Of a stretch of DNA of 64,000 nt, positions 13,641 to 26,043 are shown piece after piece. Origin of the DNA: Hypanus sabinus (Eukaryota); the NCBI RefSeq assembly GCF_030144855.1, contig NC_082731.1:11160001-11224000 (forward strand), read 5' to 3'. A program made the translations under genes and the position numbers. Every line of letters starts with the position of its first letter. Positions within the stretch are counted from its first letter, which is position 1. The notes beneath the pieces are model-generated. The model was given only the letters and a program-made list of their open reading frames with translations. It ran no database searches and was not told the origin of the DNA.

Positions 13641-14158
13641 TGTCAGTAACGCCAGTTGAACTTTGTCTTTTTGTGTGCTTTCCCCCTCGCCTTCAGTCTG
13701 TGGGTTTATATTGCCATGTGCTCTTGTTTGTTTTCATGCCCCATGTGCTCCTGTCCCCACTCCCACTTTACTCCGGCTCCTGTATCACTGAGTACTCTAT
13801 AACTTATCTGTTTCTCATTATTACCTGTTTTACTGCCACTTCTGTCTGATTGTTCTCCACCTATTATCTGTCTCTCTGTCTATTGCTCAGTGTATACTAG
13901 TCCCGTGATTTCACCTGTTGCCAGATTGTGCCAGTAAATTTTCCTTAGCCTTTTTAGTATTCGTATCTGTACTCTATCCGTCTGAATATTGACACTGTCT
14001 GTTACCCCGATTCTGGTTTTTGGATTTTTTTGGATCATTTGTTCTCTGCCTGAACTTTGACGCAACTTTGTTTGCAACTCGGGATTTGTTATTCAATTAA
14101 TATCACTCTGTGCACAGTACTGTGTCTGCAAGTGGATCCCTGTTCCAGCGTCCTGACA
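13641..14158. mobile_element. Solo LTR (518 bp)
   Basis: TGTCAG…CTGACA inverted termini; flanks GCTTT/GCGTT are consistent with a decayed 5-bp TSD. Confidence 0.7.
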
Positions 14159-14442
14159 GCGTTCTTATCACGCATGTCGCGTGTTATCCACCAGTTCTCT
14201 TTGCAAGAGGAAACGGCATTAAATACTTGCCACAGCGGTCGAGCATCCTTCCGTGGTTCAAGTTTTGTCCGGAATTGCCACACTGTGCCGTGAGATGGCT
14301 TTCCGGAGATCGTATGTGAACCTTTTGTATCTTACAATGGTCGCTAGACCTGAATGCCACTGATCTTGCCCTCAGCCGATGGCGGATCTCATGGTTTATC
14401 TAGGGCTTCTGGTTGGGCATAGGTATCTTCAAAAAGCTTGGG

Positions 14443-14446
<4 letters not shown>

Positions 14447-14533
<87 letters not shown>
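14447..14533 (+). repeat. (TG)n microsatellite, ~43 units
   Basis: Direct reading. Confidence 0.98.
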
Positions 14534-14535
<2 letters not shown>

Positions 14536-15479
14536 CGGGGCTGTTGGCATTGGTTAACGGTTAAATTGTCTCCATCTTGGAGGCATATAAAATTAGAAAC
14601 ACACATTTAAGATAAAGGATTTCGAGAGATCAAGAGAGATTTTATCTCTAAGGAAATGTCGATTGCCTAGAATTCAGTGTCCTTAGTGAGCGGTGAAGCA
14701 GACTCGTTGACAGCATTTAAAACGTATCTGGAGCAGCACAGGAATGACCTCTGGGGCTTTAAGCCGATTGCTGGAAGGTGGGATTAATACGGACGTGTAT
14801 TCACTGCTTAACTTGGACATATAACATTGCTCCCACATTGTCATCAAGCACGACCTTGAAAGAATAACGTTGAAAGAAGGACCCATGGGTTTTGTGCCTG
14901 ATGGCGGCACAGTTGGAAAACAAATATCACGTTTATGTTCCTTCATCTACCTTCTATAACCGCGAAAACACTACGTTTCTGCGGCGATCCATCCTTAAGC
15001 TCATCTGACCCAGTCCAGAACATTTACCACATCACTCGTCCTATCCTTGAACCCAGTCAGACAGTTTTAAAATTCTCGTCTCTCTTCTCAAATTTCTTTC
15101 CGATCTTAACCTTCCTATCTCTGTAAACTCTGACTCTGTCAATCTCCAAACCACGTTCCCAAACCCAATAAGCTCCCATTGATCATCCCCATACCTTGTC
15201 ATTTTAGAATTAGCTTTTAAATGTGGAGGCCCTCGAATTCCTTCAGAGGAGGTTGCGGTTTCTTAACATGGCCGCTATCTTAAAAAAAACTACCCCATTG
15301 CTGTAGTTTATGTAAATATCTCCTTATGAGTTTCAGTATAAATTGATTCCGATTCTGCGTAGCACAATGAACGTAGAACATGGACACAGACTGTGCAGCG
15401 CTTGGCCCAAACATTGTGCCCATCTACATAAATCCTCTGCACGATCAATCCCATTGATCCCTTCATTTACTTATGTGGA

Positions 15480-16265
15480 CAGTAGATTCCGCTTAATTAG
15501 GACACATCGGGACCAGCACAATTTGGCCCAACTGAGTTGCCAAAATGGGGAAAGTTTCGTGGAAATATTTTAAAACATAAAAGAAAAGACAAACTATGGA
15601 TTCAATGAGTAATACATTATTTAAATGGGATACATAACAAATCAGAACACTAATAATCCTACTACAGTACTATAAAATTTTATTTCCTAATGAATATAAT
15701 GCTAGGAGTTCATCAAAGTGTATGCTGCCCTGTTCTTTTGATTTACTGTGAACATATCAGCGCAGGCACCTTCTGTAGAGAATGGACTAACTTAATACAA
15801 AGCAATCGACGATTGCATGTTCAAAACATTCAAGATAATTGTCGAAACCTTCAAATTCTTCGTATTTTCGAATTGTTAAATTAGCCAGATCGTTTCATTT
15901 TCACTCCCGGCCGTCTCCACGGCTGAGTTTTTGAAACCGCAGTGAGCAAAGCATTTCCCAATTGTTTTCCTGCTTACTTCTGACCAGCTAAGAGTGACAA
16001 AAAGCACTGTTTCATGGTTAGAAACATAGAACAGACGCTAATAAAAACTGTTCGGTCTAAGCACAAAGTTCGCCACACAAGTGCACGCGACTGACGCTAG
16101 TTAGAAACTTCGGCAACAATGTTGTGGCTCAACTAACTTGCATAGTGTGCCAGGTAAGTGAAGGGAATCCCGGCTGTTTTTTCGAGTAGATCTTGTTCCT
16201 TCAGAATTGTCCCAAATAACCTGCTGCCCCGATTAACCAATGGCCCATTTAACCGTGATCCACCG
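15480..16265. mobile_element. Non-autonomous Tc1/mariner (Tigger-like) MITE
   Basis: Imperfect terminal inverted repeats CAGTAGATTCCGCTTAATTAGG … CCCATTTAACCGTGATCCACCG followed by TA; no transposase ORF. Confidence 0.6.
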
Positions 16266-16279
16266 TATGTGCCTACCTA

Positions 16280-16640
16280 AGAGTCTCTAAATGTTCCTGT
16301 TTTATAAATGTTCCTCTTGACCACCACCGTAGGCAGAACTTTTAGGGCACCCATCACTCGCAAAGTAAACATCAAAACAATCTGTGACATTTCCTCGAAA
16401 CTCTACTCCACTCTGCTTCAATATGTCCTCTGGTACTGGCCAATGCCTTGTTGAGAAATAGGGCTCTCTATGCTTCTCGTAACCGGAAACGCCTCTCATC
16501 CACCTTCGCTCCAAAGAGGAAAGCCCTATATCACACAATCTCTCTTCATAACGCAGACTCTGCAATCCAGGCTGAATTCTGTTAAATTTCCTCTGCACCC
16601 TCTCTAAAGCTTCCACATCCTTCCTATACTGAAGAGAGCA
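16280..16640 (-). mobile_element. CR1 LINE 3' fragment
   Basis: ALERVQRKFNRIQPGL…YEERL…SLERR motif. Confidence 0.8.
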
Positions 16641-18499
16641 GAACTAAACTTCCTTTACTATAGAAAAGATGTTGAAGCTTTAAATGTGGTGTAACTAGAA
16701 TTCTATAGAGATGCAACATCACGCCACAGTTCCTGAACCAAATCCACAGTTCAATGACCATCTGCCATTTTTCCACTCTGCTCTGCACTCAGCCTGTATC
16801 TTGTTGTTGCCTACGACAACCTTTTACACTAATCACAACACTGCCAATGTCTGTGCCATCTTCAACCTTACTAACGGACCCTTCCACTTCCTCACCAGTC
16901 TTCTTTGCAAACACACTGACTCATCCTTCCACCTCCTCACCCATTTGCTTTGCAAACGTACTAAATCACTTTTCTGCTTCCTCATGTAAGTCATTAAAAC
17001 AAAACACAAAAAGTAGACGTCACAGAAAAATCCCAGCAGAAATCCACTCTTCACCATCCTCCAGGAAGACTACCCACCAAGGCTATATTTGCCTTGCTAC
17101 GCGTCTTTCTTCTGTAATAAACAACTGAGTTTTTCTTCTTTAATTTCCAAAGCACATCACATCAGTCTGCACTAACTTTCTCTGAAAGGGTGCCCCAACG
17201 GGTCGCTCGGTTGACTAGTTATTTACATTATTTAGTTCCGAAGAGCCGCTCGTTCACTTTAATTTATATGTGGTTAAAATTTATTTAAATTTTCTTGATA
17301 CATGTAAAACATCTGTTTGGAAAGTTACTGAATCGACAGCGATAAGCAAACAACTTGATTACAATTATTAACGTAGTATTATTTCCTTTACTCATCATGT
17401 GGATTTAATTAACATTGTGATTCGGTTTTATCAATAGTTAGTGTAGCATTGAAATAGATATAGTATTTTTTTAAAAACCTATTCGGAGGCATATGAATTT
17501 TAGATCGGAATTTTCAGTGGTTAAAAAAGCAGTCAAATAGCATTTTACTGAAATCTCTTTGTTCACATTCTGACAGTAATATGGCACAAGTAAGAAAAAA
17601 TAGCATCAGTCGAAACTGCGATAAGCATATAATCTGTTGATGAGATCATGTAATTTCCCCGTGATTTAATTGCCTCGAGTGATTCAACGCAACTTCTGCC
17701 TTGACGGTCAGTAATATCAGATTTTGGTTTCTCCTGGATTCCTGTGAGGATGAAAGATTTTGATCCGTTGCTTTGGCGAGAGTATGTGTTCTCTATCGAG
17801 TGCTCTGATTGCTACATATCAAGAGCCCGAGTAGTGTCTCCTCTCACGGATAATTAATTGATGAATCTCAAGGCAGTCTTATTTCCGTAGAAATGCGGAA
17901 AATTTCAAAGACAAATTGGACTACCAGTGTAAATGAGGAACCGAGTAATGCATACATTTACAGCTACATTGTTCTTCCAATGTGAGCAGTCAGGTACCGT
18001 CCGAGCTGCGGTAATGCAGTTTTCTGCCCTCAGTGAATGCCACAATTCTGGCCACTCCGTGATTGCTGACTGCGATGGAAGATCAACAGGGCAGCTTTTG
18101 TTTATGGCCGAGAACAAAGTACGATTCTTTCTATTGTTATTCTCTCTGACAGTGTAATTATATGCTTACCAATACACGCATTACGGATCGTGTCAGGTGT
18201 ATACCTTGGCCGTAACATTTGGTTGGAAATTCAGTGACATCAGTCTTCCATCATGTAATATCGAAAACCAAAAGAGACGTTGCATGTTCTCCATCAAACG
18301 TTCACGCACTACAAAAGCATGCGTATATCTCGTGTATTTATTCTAAAGGTTTAGAGAATACAATCTGTATTGTATTTACTTTAATATTCAAGGTGGTCTG
18401 CAATGAACAACTTCTTCAGAATCCTGTGAAGTATTTAGTACTCATGTAGGAAAAAGTAAAGCTGGTTCTACTTTGGAGCACAGCATGTTCATTTGGTTG

Positions 18500-18830
18500 C
18501 AACGCACACAAACTGCTGGCAGAACTCAGTAAGCCTTGCAACATCTATGGAAAGGAGTGAACAGTCGATACTTCGGGCTAAGAACATTTATTAGCACTGA
18601 AGAGGAAGGGGAGAAGTTAGAATAAGAGGGTGAGAGGAGGGGAAGAAGAAGTACAAAATGGCTGGTGAAAGGAAACACCAGGAAGGGTAAGGATTCGAGT
18701 AAATATCTGGGAATATTGGTGAAAGAGATAAGGGGCTGAAGAAGGGGACATCTGAGAGGAGAGGGCAGAATGCGTTAGAAGAAAGGGACGGTGGTTGGAA
18801 CACTAGAGGGAACTGATTGGCAGGTAAGTG
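18500..18830 (-). mobile_element. Penelope-like terminal fragment inserted in the IgNAR 3' flank
   Basis: Same terminal motif as 2085-2300 and 6550-6645; absent from the paralogous copy at ~5350-5400. Confidence 0.65.
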
Positions 18831-19864
18831 TTCATTTGTTTGTTTTATTTGAGGTCTTGAATATAAATTATGTGATTGGGCACATCCATGTATTAGTGTC
18901 AGAAAAGCTTTGGAAATCATTCGGAACTACAGCACCCAGCGTATGGAATACCTACTCTTTTGGCAAAATATCAATAAACATAAACAGAAGCAGTAATCAG
19001 TATATTCCTTTTTAGAATTCCAGTCTGAGAGAATCACTGAAATGGAACAATGCAATTACATCCAAAATTCAGTAGATCTCCTTTAAGTTTTGTTATTCCT
19101 ACAATTTCAGTATAATATTAGCACGTGGCACACTCCAACCTGATGTTTCTTTTATAAAGGAAGGTAAGTGATTAAACTGCTGGACACAGGGAATTATAGT
19201 TTGCTTAATCCATAGCCTTTTCTACGTGTCGACCCTTGAGTATAAACGTTATTTTGAAAAGCAAAGAGAAGTTAAGAAGAGTCAATTCGAAACAACTCCT
19301 AAGTTTTCTTTCTCAGTGAATATGGATAGTAGGGGAAGGCGCCGCTCATAAGGTCAAACTAAACTCTAGTTTTATTCGAGCACGAAATTGGAATACCAGA
19401 TTTCAGGGTGCTTTTAATTCTTTCACATTTATGGTCGATTACAATCTTTCACAGCTGGGCAATTATTTCACCCCAGTTTATTTTACATCATTCAGAGGAA
19501 TAAACATTGCATTTTATTTTTTGCAACTGTTTTGGGAAATTCCAGCCAAAACAAGTCATTGACATAGCAGAAATCAGAATGAAACTGATAGGATAAACAT
19601 AAACAAAATTATAAATTCACACACACAGTACTAAGGCTATTATAAATGCAGCGGTCTGATGTTATCATCTACACAAGAGATTCTGCAGATACTGGAAATC
19701 AATGCTGGAGCGGCTCAGCAGGACAGGCAGCATCTATGGAGCGGCATAACTATCGACATTACGGGCCAAGACCTACATTGGGACAATCACCGTTAGTCGG
19801 ATGTCATCATTTGGCTTCGGGTCCATTAAAACAAAAGCTGGAGCTGCGTCTGTTTCAGCATTCT

Positions 19865-19873
19865 CTACTTCAC
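19865..19873 (-). CDS. IgNAR: IgNAR TM2 exon coding part (VK-stop), giving a KVK cytoplasmic tail
   Basis: Strong acceptor ttctctcttcgtgttctatcatttcAG followed by GTG AAG TAG. AATAAA candidates downstream at 19513-19518, 19477-19482 and 19371-19376. Confidence 0.82.
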   Translation of the reverse strand: MK

Positions 19874-20589
19874 CTGAAATGATAGAACACGAAGAGAGAA
19901 TCCAGTGAACAGCTGAGAGAGGCAAGCAGTCAAACCGATCGAATGGACCGAAAGAGTACAGTAACAAAATAAAATGTTTTAATATGTTCCTTGTTAATTT
20001 TTAGATTCACTGCCAGCTATTTTTATAGGAAAAACATTGGTCGATGGGCTCGTTGTGTCTTTACGTTTCCAATCAACATCCGATCCGTCATATTGCAGAT
20101 GTGAAGCTGGTGCATTCTACTGTTCGCTACTTAATCCGACACCTGGTGCCGCGTGGTGTAATGTCTGTGACTGGGCATATTTTCTGTAACCCGCCTCAAT
20201 GAACTAATACTCTAAAATACACTGTTCACAACTTTACATATTAATTTCATCTGCGTTAAACACAAAGAATTTATTCCTCTTTGGAATGTTCTGAACGGTT
20301 GTGTAGTTGGACGTAAAAGAAGGAATATTGCCAAACAAGGCTGAAAGTATTCAAGATGTGTTATGGAGCACTCGGCATCATTACACAATAAATAGATGTT
20401 GAAAAGTATAACGTGCGTCCGAAGACACTCTTTGAACAATGACCACATTTCTAGTCTGCATAATAAAGGACAACCTTTTCTTTGCACTGAAAATACGGTG
20501 AAGTTTTAATAGTTTCTTCATTGGAATGAATAACTTGCTGCACGAGCAAAAATTGAAAGGATTGCAATTGCACATATGGAGTTTAGAAT

Positions 20590-21240
20590 CATTTACGCTG
20601 ATGTTTTGAAGCAAGTAAAATCGTATTGCGCATGATAAAGATGAACACTGTGAAAGTTTTCACGCATGAGTGACCTACAACAGAGAAAAACACGCACAAC
20701 TGAAGTTTATTGATATTAGGGATACTGGCTATAGGGATATTAGCGATACTGTTAATATCCAATTGCAAAATATGAGAACCTTCTACAATATCCACAAAAC
20801 CGCCAATCCGTGTCATCCGCAAACTGACTAAACCGCCCTTCCACTTCTTCATTTGTAAAAACTCCAAAGAGCAGGGATATCAGACCATTTCCCCGCGAAT
20901 TATCACTACTCACGGAACTCCAGCTGGAATGCGCTCCATTTACTGCCACAATTCTGTTCCTGTGGGCAAGCCAGTTCCAATTTATGCAGCAACTGTCCCA
21001 CGACCGCCTCAATCCTGACAGTCTTATTGAGCCTACTATGGGCAACCTTGACAAATGCCTTACTTAAATGCATATTGACCACAACTACTGCTCGATCTTC
21101 AATGCTTCTTGTTTTCACGTCCTCTATAGAGTTAATCACTCTCGCGAGGCACTGCGTGAACCACACAAAGGCATTTTGCTACAAGCTCGTAAAAGCTGTC
21201 TGTAACAACCCTCTCTAATAGTTTGCCCTCCACCGATATA
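20590..21240 (-). mobile_element. CR1 RT fragment in the TM1-TM2 intron
   Basis: HLSKAFVKVAHSRL and FSQFADDT peptides. Confidence 0.7.
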
Positions 21241-21869
21241 AGACTCCATACTTTTAATTCCCAGAGCAATGAATTCCACAAATTTACATCACTTGATTTA
21301 TCTGTGTACAGAATATTAGTAGTTGGTTGGTATTATTGACTCATCTATCCTCTTTCTCCACTTACTTCGCTCTGAGTAAAGGAGATATTCAGACCAACAT
21401 GCCGTGATTGTCACCCTGCTAAACATTTTATAGCTCATACATTATTTTCCCCTTAATTATACCCCTTGATGTCAGATTCCAGTAGATGTAACTCTTTTAT
21501 CCCCGGATATCACCACCCGTCCTTGTTCTCCATATTTGTCCTCACCTCCCCGCCGATTGTTTGCTTTACCTTTGTCTGCCCCCACCAATCACATACCTGC
21601 CTCTACATTTCAACAAATTCTCTCCCTTCTCACAGTTACCTGCTTCTTCGCAGGTCTTTCACCTCGGCTAGGTAAGATTTTCACCTCCAGCCTTTTGGGT
21701 CAACTTTCTGCTCTCCCCTTTATAGAGACTACATTCCTTCTTCACTTCAGTTTCATATACACCGGCTCAACTTCTCAAACTTCCCCCTCACAATCTTGCA
21801 TGACCCGGCGAATGCCTCAAGTAGTATGGTTCTGTGCCCGATTGCCAGCTTCTGCAGTTTCTTCTGACC

Positions 21870-22610
21870 CATTTCTTTGTCTGTGTGTCTTGGTGTTCAC
21901 CTGACGGTGAATCTCACCTGGTCCCTCAACACCAGCTCCACAGCAAAGAAAGCCCAGCAGCGTCTCTACATTTTGCGAAGGCTGAGCAAAGTCCATCTCC
22001 CACCCCCCTCCCCCCATCCTCATCACATTCTACAGGGGTTGTACTGAGAGTATCCTGAGCAGCTGCATCACTGCCTGGTTCGGAAATTGCCCCATCTCGG
22101 ATCGTTAGACCCTGCAGCGGATAGTGAGGTCAGCTGAGAAAAACATCGGGGTCTCTCTTCCTGCCATCATGATCATTTGCACTACACGCTTCATCCGCAA
22201 AGGAAACAGCATTATGAAGGACCCCATGCACCCCTCATACAACCTTTTCTCCCTCCTGCCGGTTGGGAAAAGGCTCCGAAGCATTCGGGCTCTCACGAAC
22301 AGACTACATAACAGTTTCTTCCCCCATCCCATCAAACTCCTCAATACGCGAAGCCTGGACTGACACCTTGCCTATTGTGCTGTTTATTATTTATTGTAAT
22401 GCCTGCACTGTCTTCTTTGCACTTTATGCAATCCCGTGTAGGTCTGCAGTCAATTGTAGCTTTCTCTGTTTTTTTTTTACGTAGTTCAGTTTAGTTTTTG
22501 TACTGTGTCATGGAACACCATGGTCCTGAAAAACGTAGTCTCATTTTTACTATGCACTGTACCAGCAGTTATGGTCGAAATGGCAATAAAAGTTGAGTTG
22601 ACTTGACTTG
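21870..22610 (+). mobile_element. Rex1/Babar-type LINE 3' end with (GACTT)n tail
   Basis: KDPMHPSYNLFSLLPVGKRLRSIRALTNRLHNSFFP peptide; AATAAAA followed by GTTGAGTTGACTTGACTTG. Confidence 0.8.
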
Positions 22611-23569
22611 CATTCTAATTCTCGAAGAGCTCTCATTAATTCTTCGAACAGACAACCTCGTTCATATCTTATCACTATGGTTCATCCCGGTTTTATCCTG
22701 TCACTGTCAGAAACGTTGTACTTTACAAATTTCTTTGTTTCCTCGCAAGTTCTCAAGAAAGGGTTTCAACCTTAATTGTTAACTGTATTTTGCTTCCCAC
22801 AGATACAGCTTAAACTGCTGAGTATTTCTAGTGATTCTCTTATAATTCTCCGCACTTTTGAAGGTTACGAAATTGTAACTTATTTCCTCTAGATGAAGAC
22901 GCTGCAATAAGGTGGGAATGACCTTAAACATATTCCTTGGCCACTGGCACTGAGATTCACATGGAATATTGTCGCCAAGGAAGCTATTACTGCTGTTGGT
23001 GAATTTTTCAAAAGTGAATATGCTTGATTTATATTAGTAGTCTAAGCTTTATAGTTTGCATCCTCATCCGAATCAAGAATTAATTTATGATGTGGGAAAA
23101 ACAACTCAAGAAATCAATCGCCTGTGCTCTGTTGCTATGCAACAAATTCACATCCATTTTTACCATCACTATGTTCTTTGTTTGTTATAACTCTGTATAT
23201 GAACAGAATTCTATAGAAATTCTATTATAAAATTAACTATCACATTTTATTCATTGGTCAGTTGTCAATCTTGTAAACGTCAACTGTGTTGATTAGCATA
23301 ACTCATTGATATTTGCTAAGTACTAAGGTAGCCCCACCAGTTAACTTTCTAATTACATTTACTCTTCCTGAAATTGGACGCGCTGATAACCTGCTGGAAA
23401 ATGACTGTTTTTCCAACAGATTTCTAACCGATAAATATCGGACCTCTCCCTAATCAATGTGCCACTTCTTTCTTATCCTCGATCAAGTTTAAGCATAAAT
23501 GAATGTTTTCATCGCCGAGTTCTCGTCTCCTTTACAGCTCCTGGTCTCTCTCTGCGCCTTTCTCTCAAA

Positions 23570-23743
23570 NNNNNNNNNNNNNNNNNNNNNNNNNNNNNNN
23601 NNNNNNNNNNNNNNNNNNNNNNNNNNNNNNNNNNNNNNNNNNNNNNNNNNNNNNNNNNNNNNNNNNNNNNNNNNNNNNNNNNNNNNNNNNNNNNNNNNNN
23701 NNNNNNNNNNNNNNNNNNNNNNNNNNNNNNNNNNNNNNNNNNN
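23570..23743. other. Assembly gap (N run) in the TM1-TM2 intron
   Basis: Direct reading. Confidence 0.99.
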
Positions 23744-24110
23744 TCTGAGAGTGAATCTAAGAACCTATGCATTCAGAAAATGTATTAAAATATATCATGC
23801 TCTCATTTTCTCTTTTATTTATCGCAATTTCCTGTCAAATCTCGCTGGCATTGTCAGTAATTTCTTCCTTTAGTTATAATCTTTGTGCATGGTATTTTAA
23901 TTCTTTTATGCATGGACGTCACGTTCATAAGAGATATTAAGAATGCACGATAAGCGCCAGGGAAGCTTCACCGAAACCCAACCACACGTTGGGAGAAACA
24001 TGAATTAAGTTTCTGTTAGACTGATTATTTCACAACTTGAAATGTGAAATTTACGCCAAACATTTTAATGGATTTGCATAGACTATTGGAGAATTGAAAC
24101 TCGTCGTTAC

Positions 24111-24268
24111 CTTAACAGTCGTTGTAAATGCGCTGTACATCATACTCATCATAAAGAGGATCACAAACGTGATGAGCGCTGACGATGAACTAACAACTTC
24201 ATCCAGGTTTTCGAATCTTTCTTCATCGCCTGAATAGTCGTCCAAGTCTTCCAGAGTTACACAGATTG
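24111..24268 (-). CDS. IgNAR: IgNAR transmembrane exon TM1
   Basis: Acceptor atcgatttcAG, donor GTAACG, phase 1/0, in frame with the C5 internal donor. (A)ICVTLEDLDDYSGDEERFENLDEVVSSSSALITFVILFMMSMMYSAFTTTVK contains the antigen-receptor CART pattern TFxxLFxxSxxYS…K. Confidence 0.9.
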
Positions 24269-24961
24269 CTGAAATCGATAGTTTAGAGTTTTACCGGATT
24301 TTATATGTTTTCTTAGTAGAAAGCCAAATGACCCACTTCCCTTGATGCACTTGTTCATCAGACTGTTCTCAACTTCAAGTTTCAATTTAATATTCGTTCA
24401 GTGGCATCCTTAACGTGTACTGACATTAGTTCTGTGTCGTCCTTGTCAATTCTAATTGATAAAACCTTTAAATAACTGATCATGTATCTACTGGATCTGG
24501 GTTTTAGATAACTTAAACCCAGACGGTGAAATCCTTTTCTCAAGTTCATGAAAGCGAGATTTAATGATGGAGAGCGCTGTTAAGCGACTTCAGGCGAAGG
24601 ACAACATTCACCTCCCACTCCTAACGTATACCGAGCAGTTGCCTCCTGATCACATCCCACAGAGCAAAGGAATGTCAGAATTCAGTACATACACGTGACA
24701 TCCTTTTCGTTTGGCGGGCTGTGCTTTATGTAGTTGCAGAATGCTTTCAACTTGCGTGTTTTACTCTTCTAAGTGCAAACTTATACTATTCGCTTTTGGC
24801 TGCAGCATTAGTCCATGACATTGCAATAATCTACACCCACAAATTTCTTTCGTTTCATTCCCTAACATCCACTGCTTCTAACACATTTATGTTTTAAAAA
24901 TATATTTATCTTCTCTAAACTGAGCTCCTGACACTATACAATATTTACCGGAACATGGCCT

Positions 24962-26043
24962 TGTCATAGTCCGGTCCATGAAATCCACATTTGGGTTCAC
25001 TGTTCGGTTCATACTCCTTATTCCAGGTTTTCTGGGTTTCCCCAGTTTCTGTTGAGTCAGTTGATTCTCCTTTGGGCTGGCTTCATAAATAGCTTCAGGT
25101 TTCAGCCTTTGGCTGTTGGATTGCTCCTGTCCAAACCCCCTGTCTGTATCCCTTCTCTTCACCTTCCTCCTGCAGCCTTGCCTTGCCTTGCCTTGCCCTG
25201 CTTGGAGCCTGTATCTGTGTTTGGAGCCTCGCCCTGTGTGGAACTGTCTCTTTGTGTCCACGCCTCCGCTAGGTAGGTCCGGCTGCTTTGCCGCTACCTA
25301 GCGTTGGGAACTGTCTCGTCGTGTTCAGTGTTCTGTGTAATGAGACCCGGCCCTACGTCCCGTATCCAAGGAGGGGTACCGGCTCGGTGTTCCATGTTCC
25401 TGTCTCTCCCTCGACCAAGTCAAGGCTTCGGGGTCTCGTCCAGTCCCAGTCAGGTCTAAGGTCCTTGTCCTGTCCAAGCCTTTCTGTTCTCGTCCTGTCA
25501 TGTGCCTCGCCCAGCCCAGGAGTACCTTGTCCAACCCGGTTTTGGGGTTCCCTCGTCCTGTGCTGGGGTTCCGTTGCCCTGTCCAAGCCACAGCTTTGTG
25601 TTTTCTCCTTGTCATGTGCCTCGCCCAGCCCAGGAGAACCTTGCTCAGTGCTGGGGTTCCCTCGTCTTGTGCTGGGGTTTCCTTGTCCTGTCCATGAGTC
25701 TCACGTCCAGTCCTGTGGCTCTCCTCGTCCTATAGCCACGTCTTGTCCTCATCTGGTTCTGGAGTCCGAGCCGGAGTCAAGACCCAGGTTTTGGGTTCTT
25801 GTCTAGTCTCTGGCACGGAGTCCAAGCCCAGGCTCCTAGTTCCCAGTTCCATGTCCTGGTTCCGCTATCCTCGTCAATCCCTAGCCCAGGCCTGGTATCC
25901 TTGTCTCGTCTGGAACCTGTGTAATGTCCAGCGTCCTTTATTCCCCACTTTCCTTGCTTCCTTCTCACACCTTGTCCTGTTCCTGGTAGTTCAGTGTCTG
26001 TGTCTTGCTTTTGGGTCCACTCTCCACGTTCCCCTTTATGACA
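24962..26043. mobile_element. Solo LTR (1082 bp) with a perfect 5-bp TSD and internal tandem repeats
   Basis: GGCCT|TGTCATA … TATGACA|GGCCT; internal ~110-bp direct repeat at ~25500-25700. Confidence 0.9.

Noticed and set aside
14379-14606. ORFs with (CV)n and (TH)n repeats
   Set aside because: Translations of the (TG)n microsatellite.
16880-16990. ~45-bp imperfect tandem repeat giving PSTSSP…FAN repeats in an ORF
   Set aside because: Only ~2.5 decayed units, no spacer structure and no gene context; ordinary local duplication, not CRISPR-like.
17690-17800. 'SNGSKSFIL' on minus, resembling VNAR FR3 (KGSKSFSL)
   Set aside because: No upstream Cys22/Trp36 motifs, no YxC in frame and no RSS.
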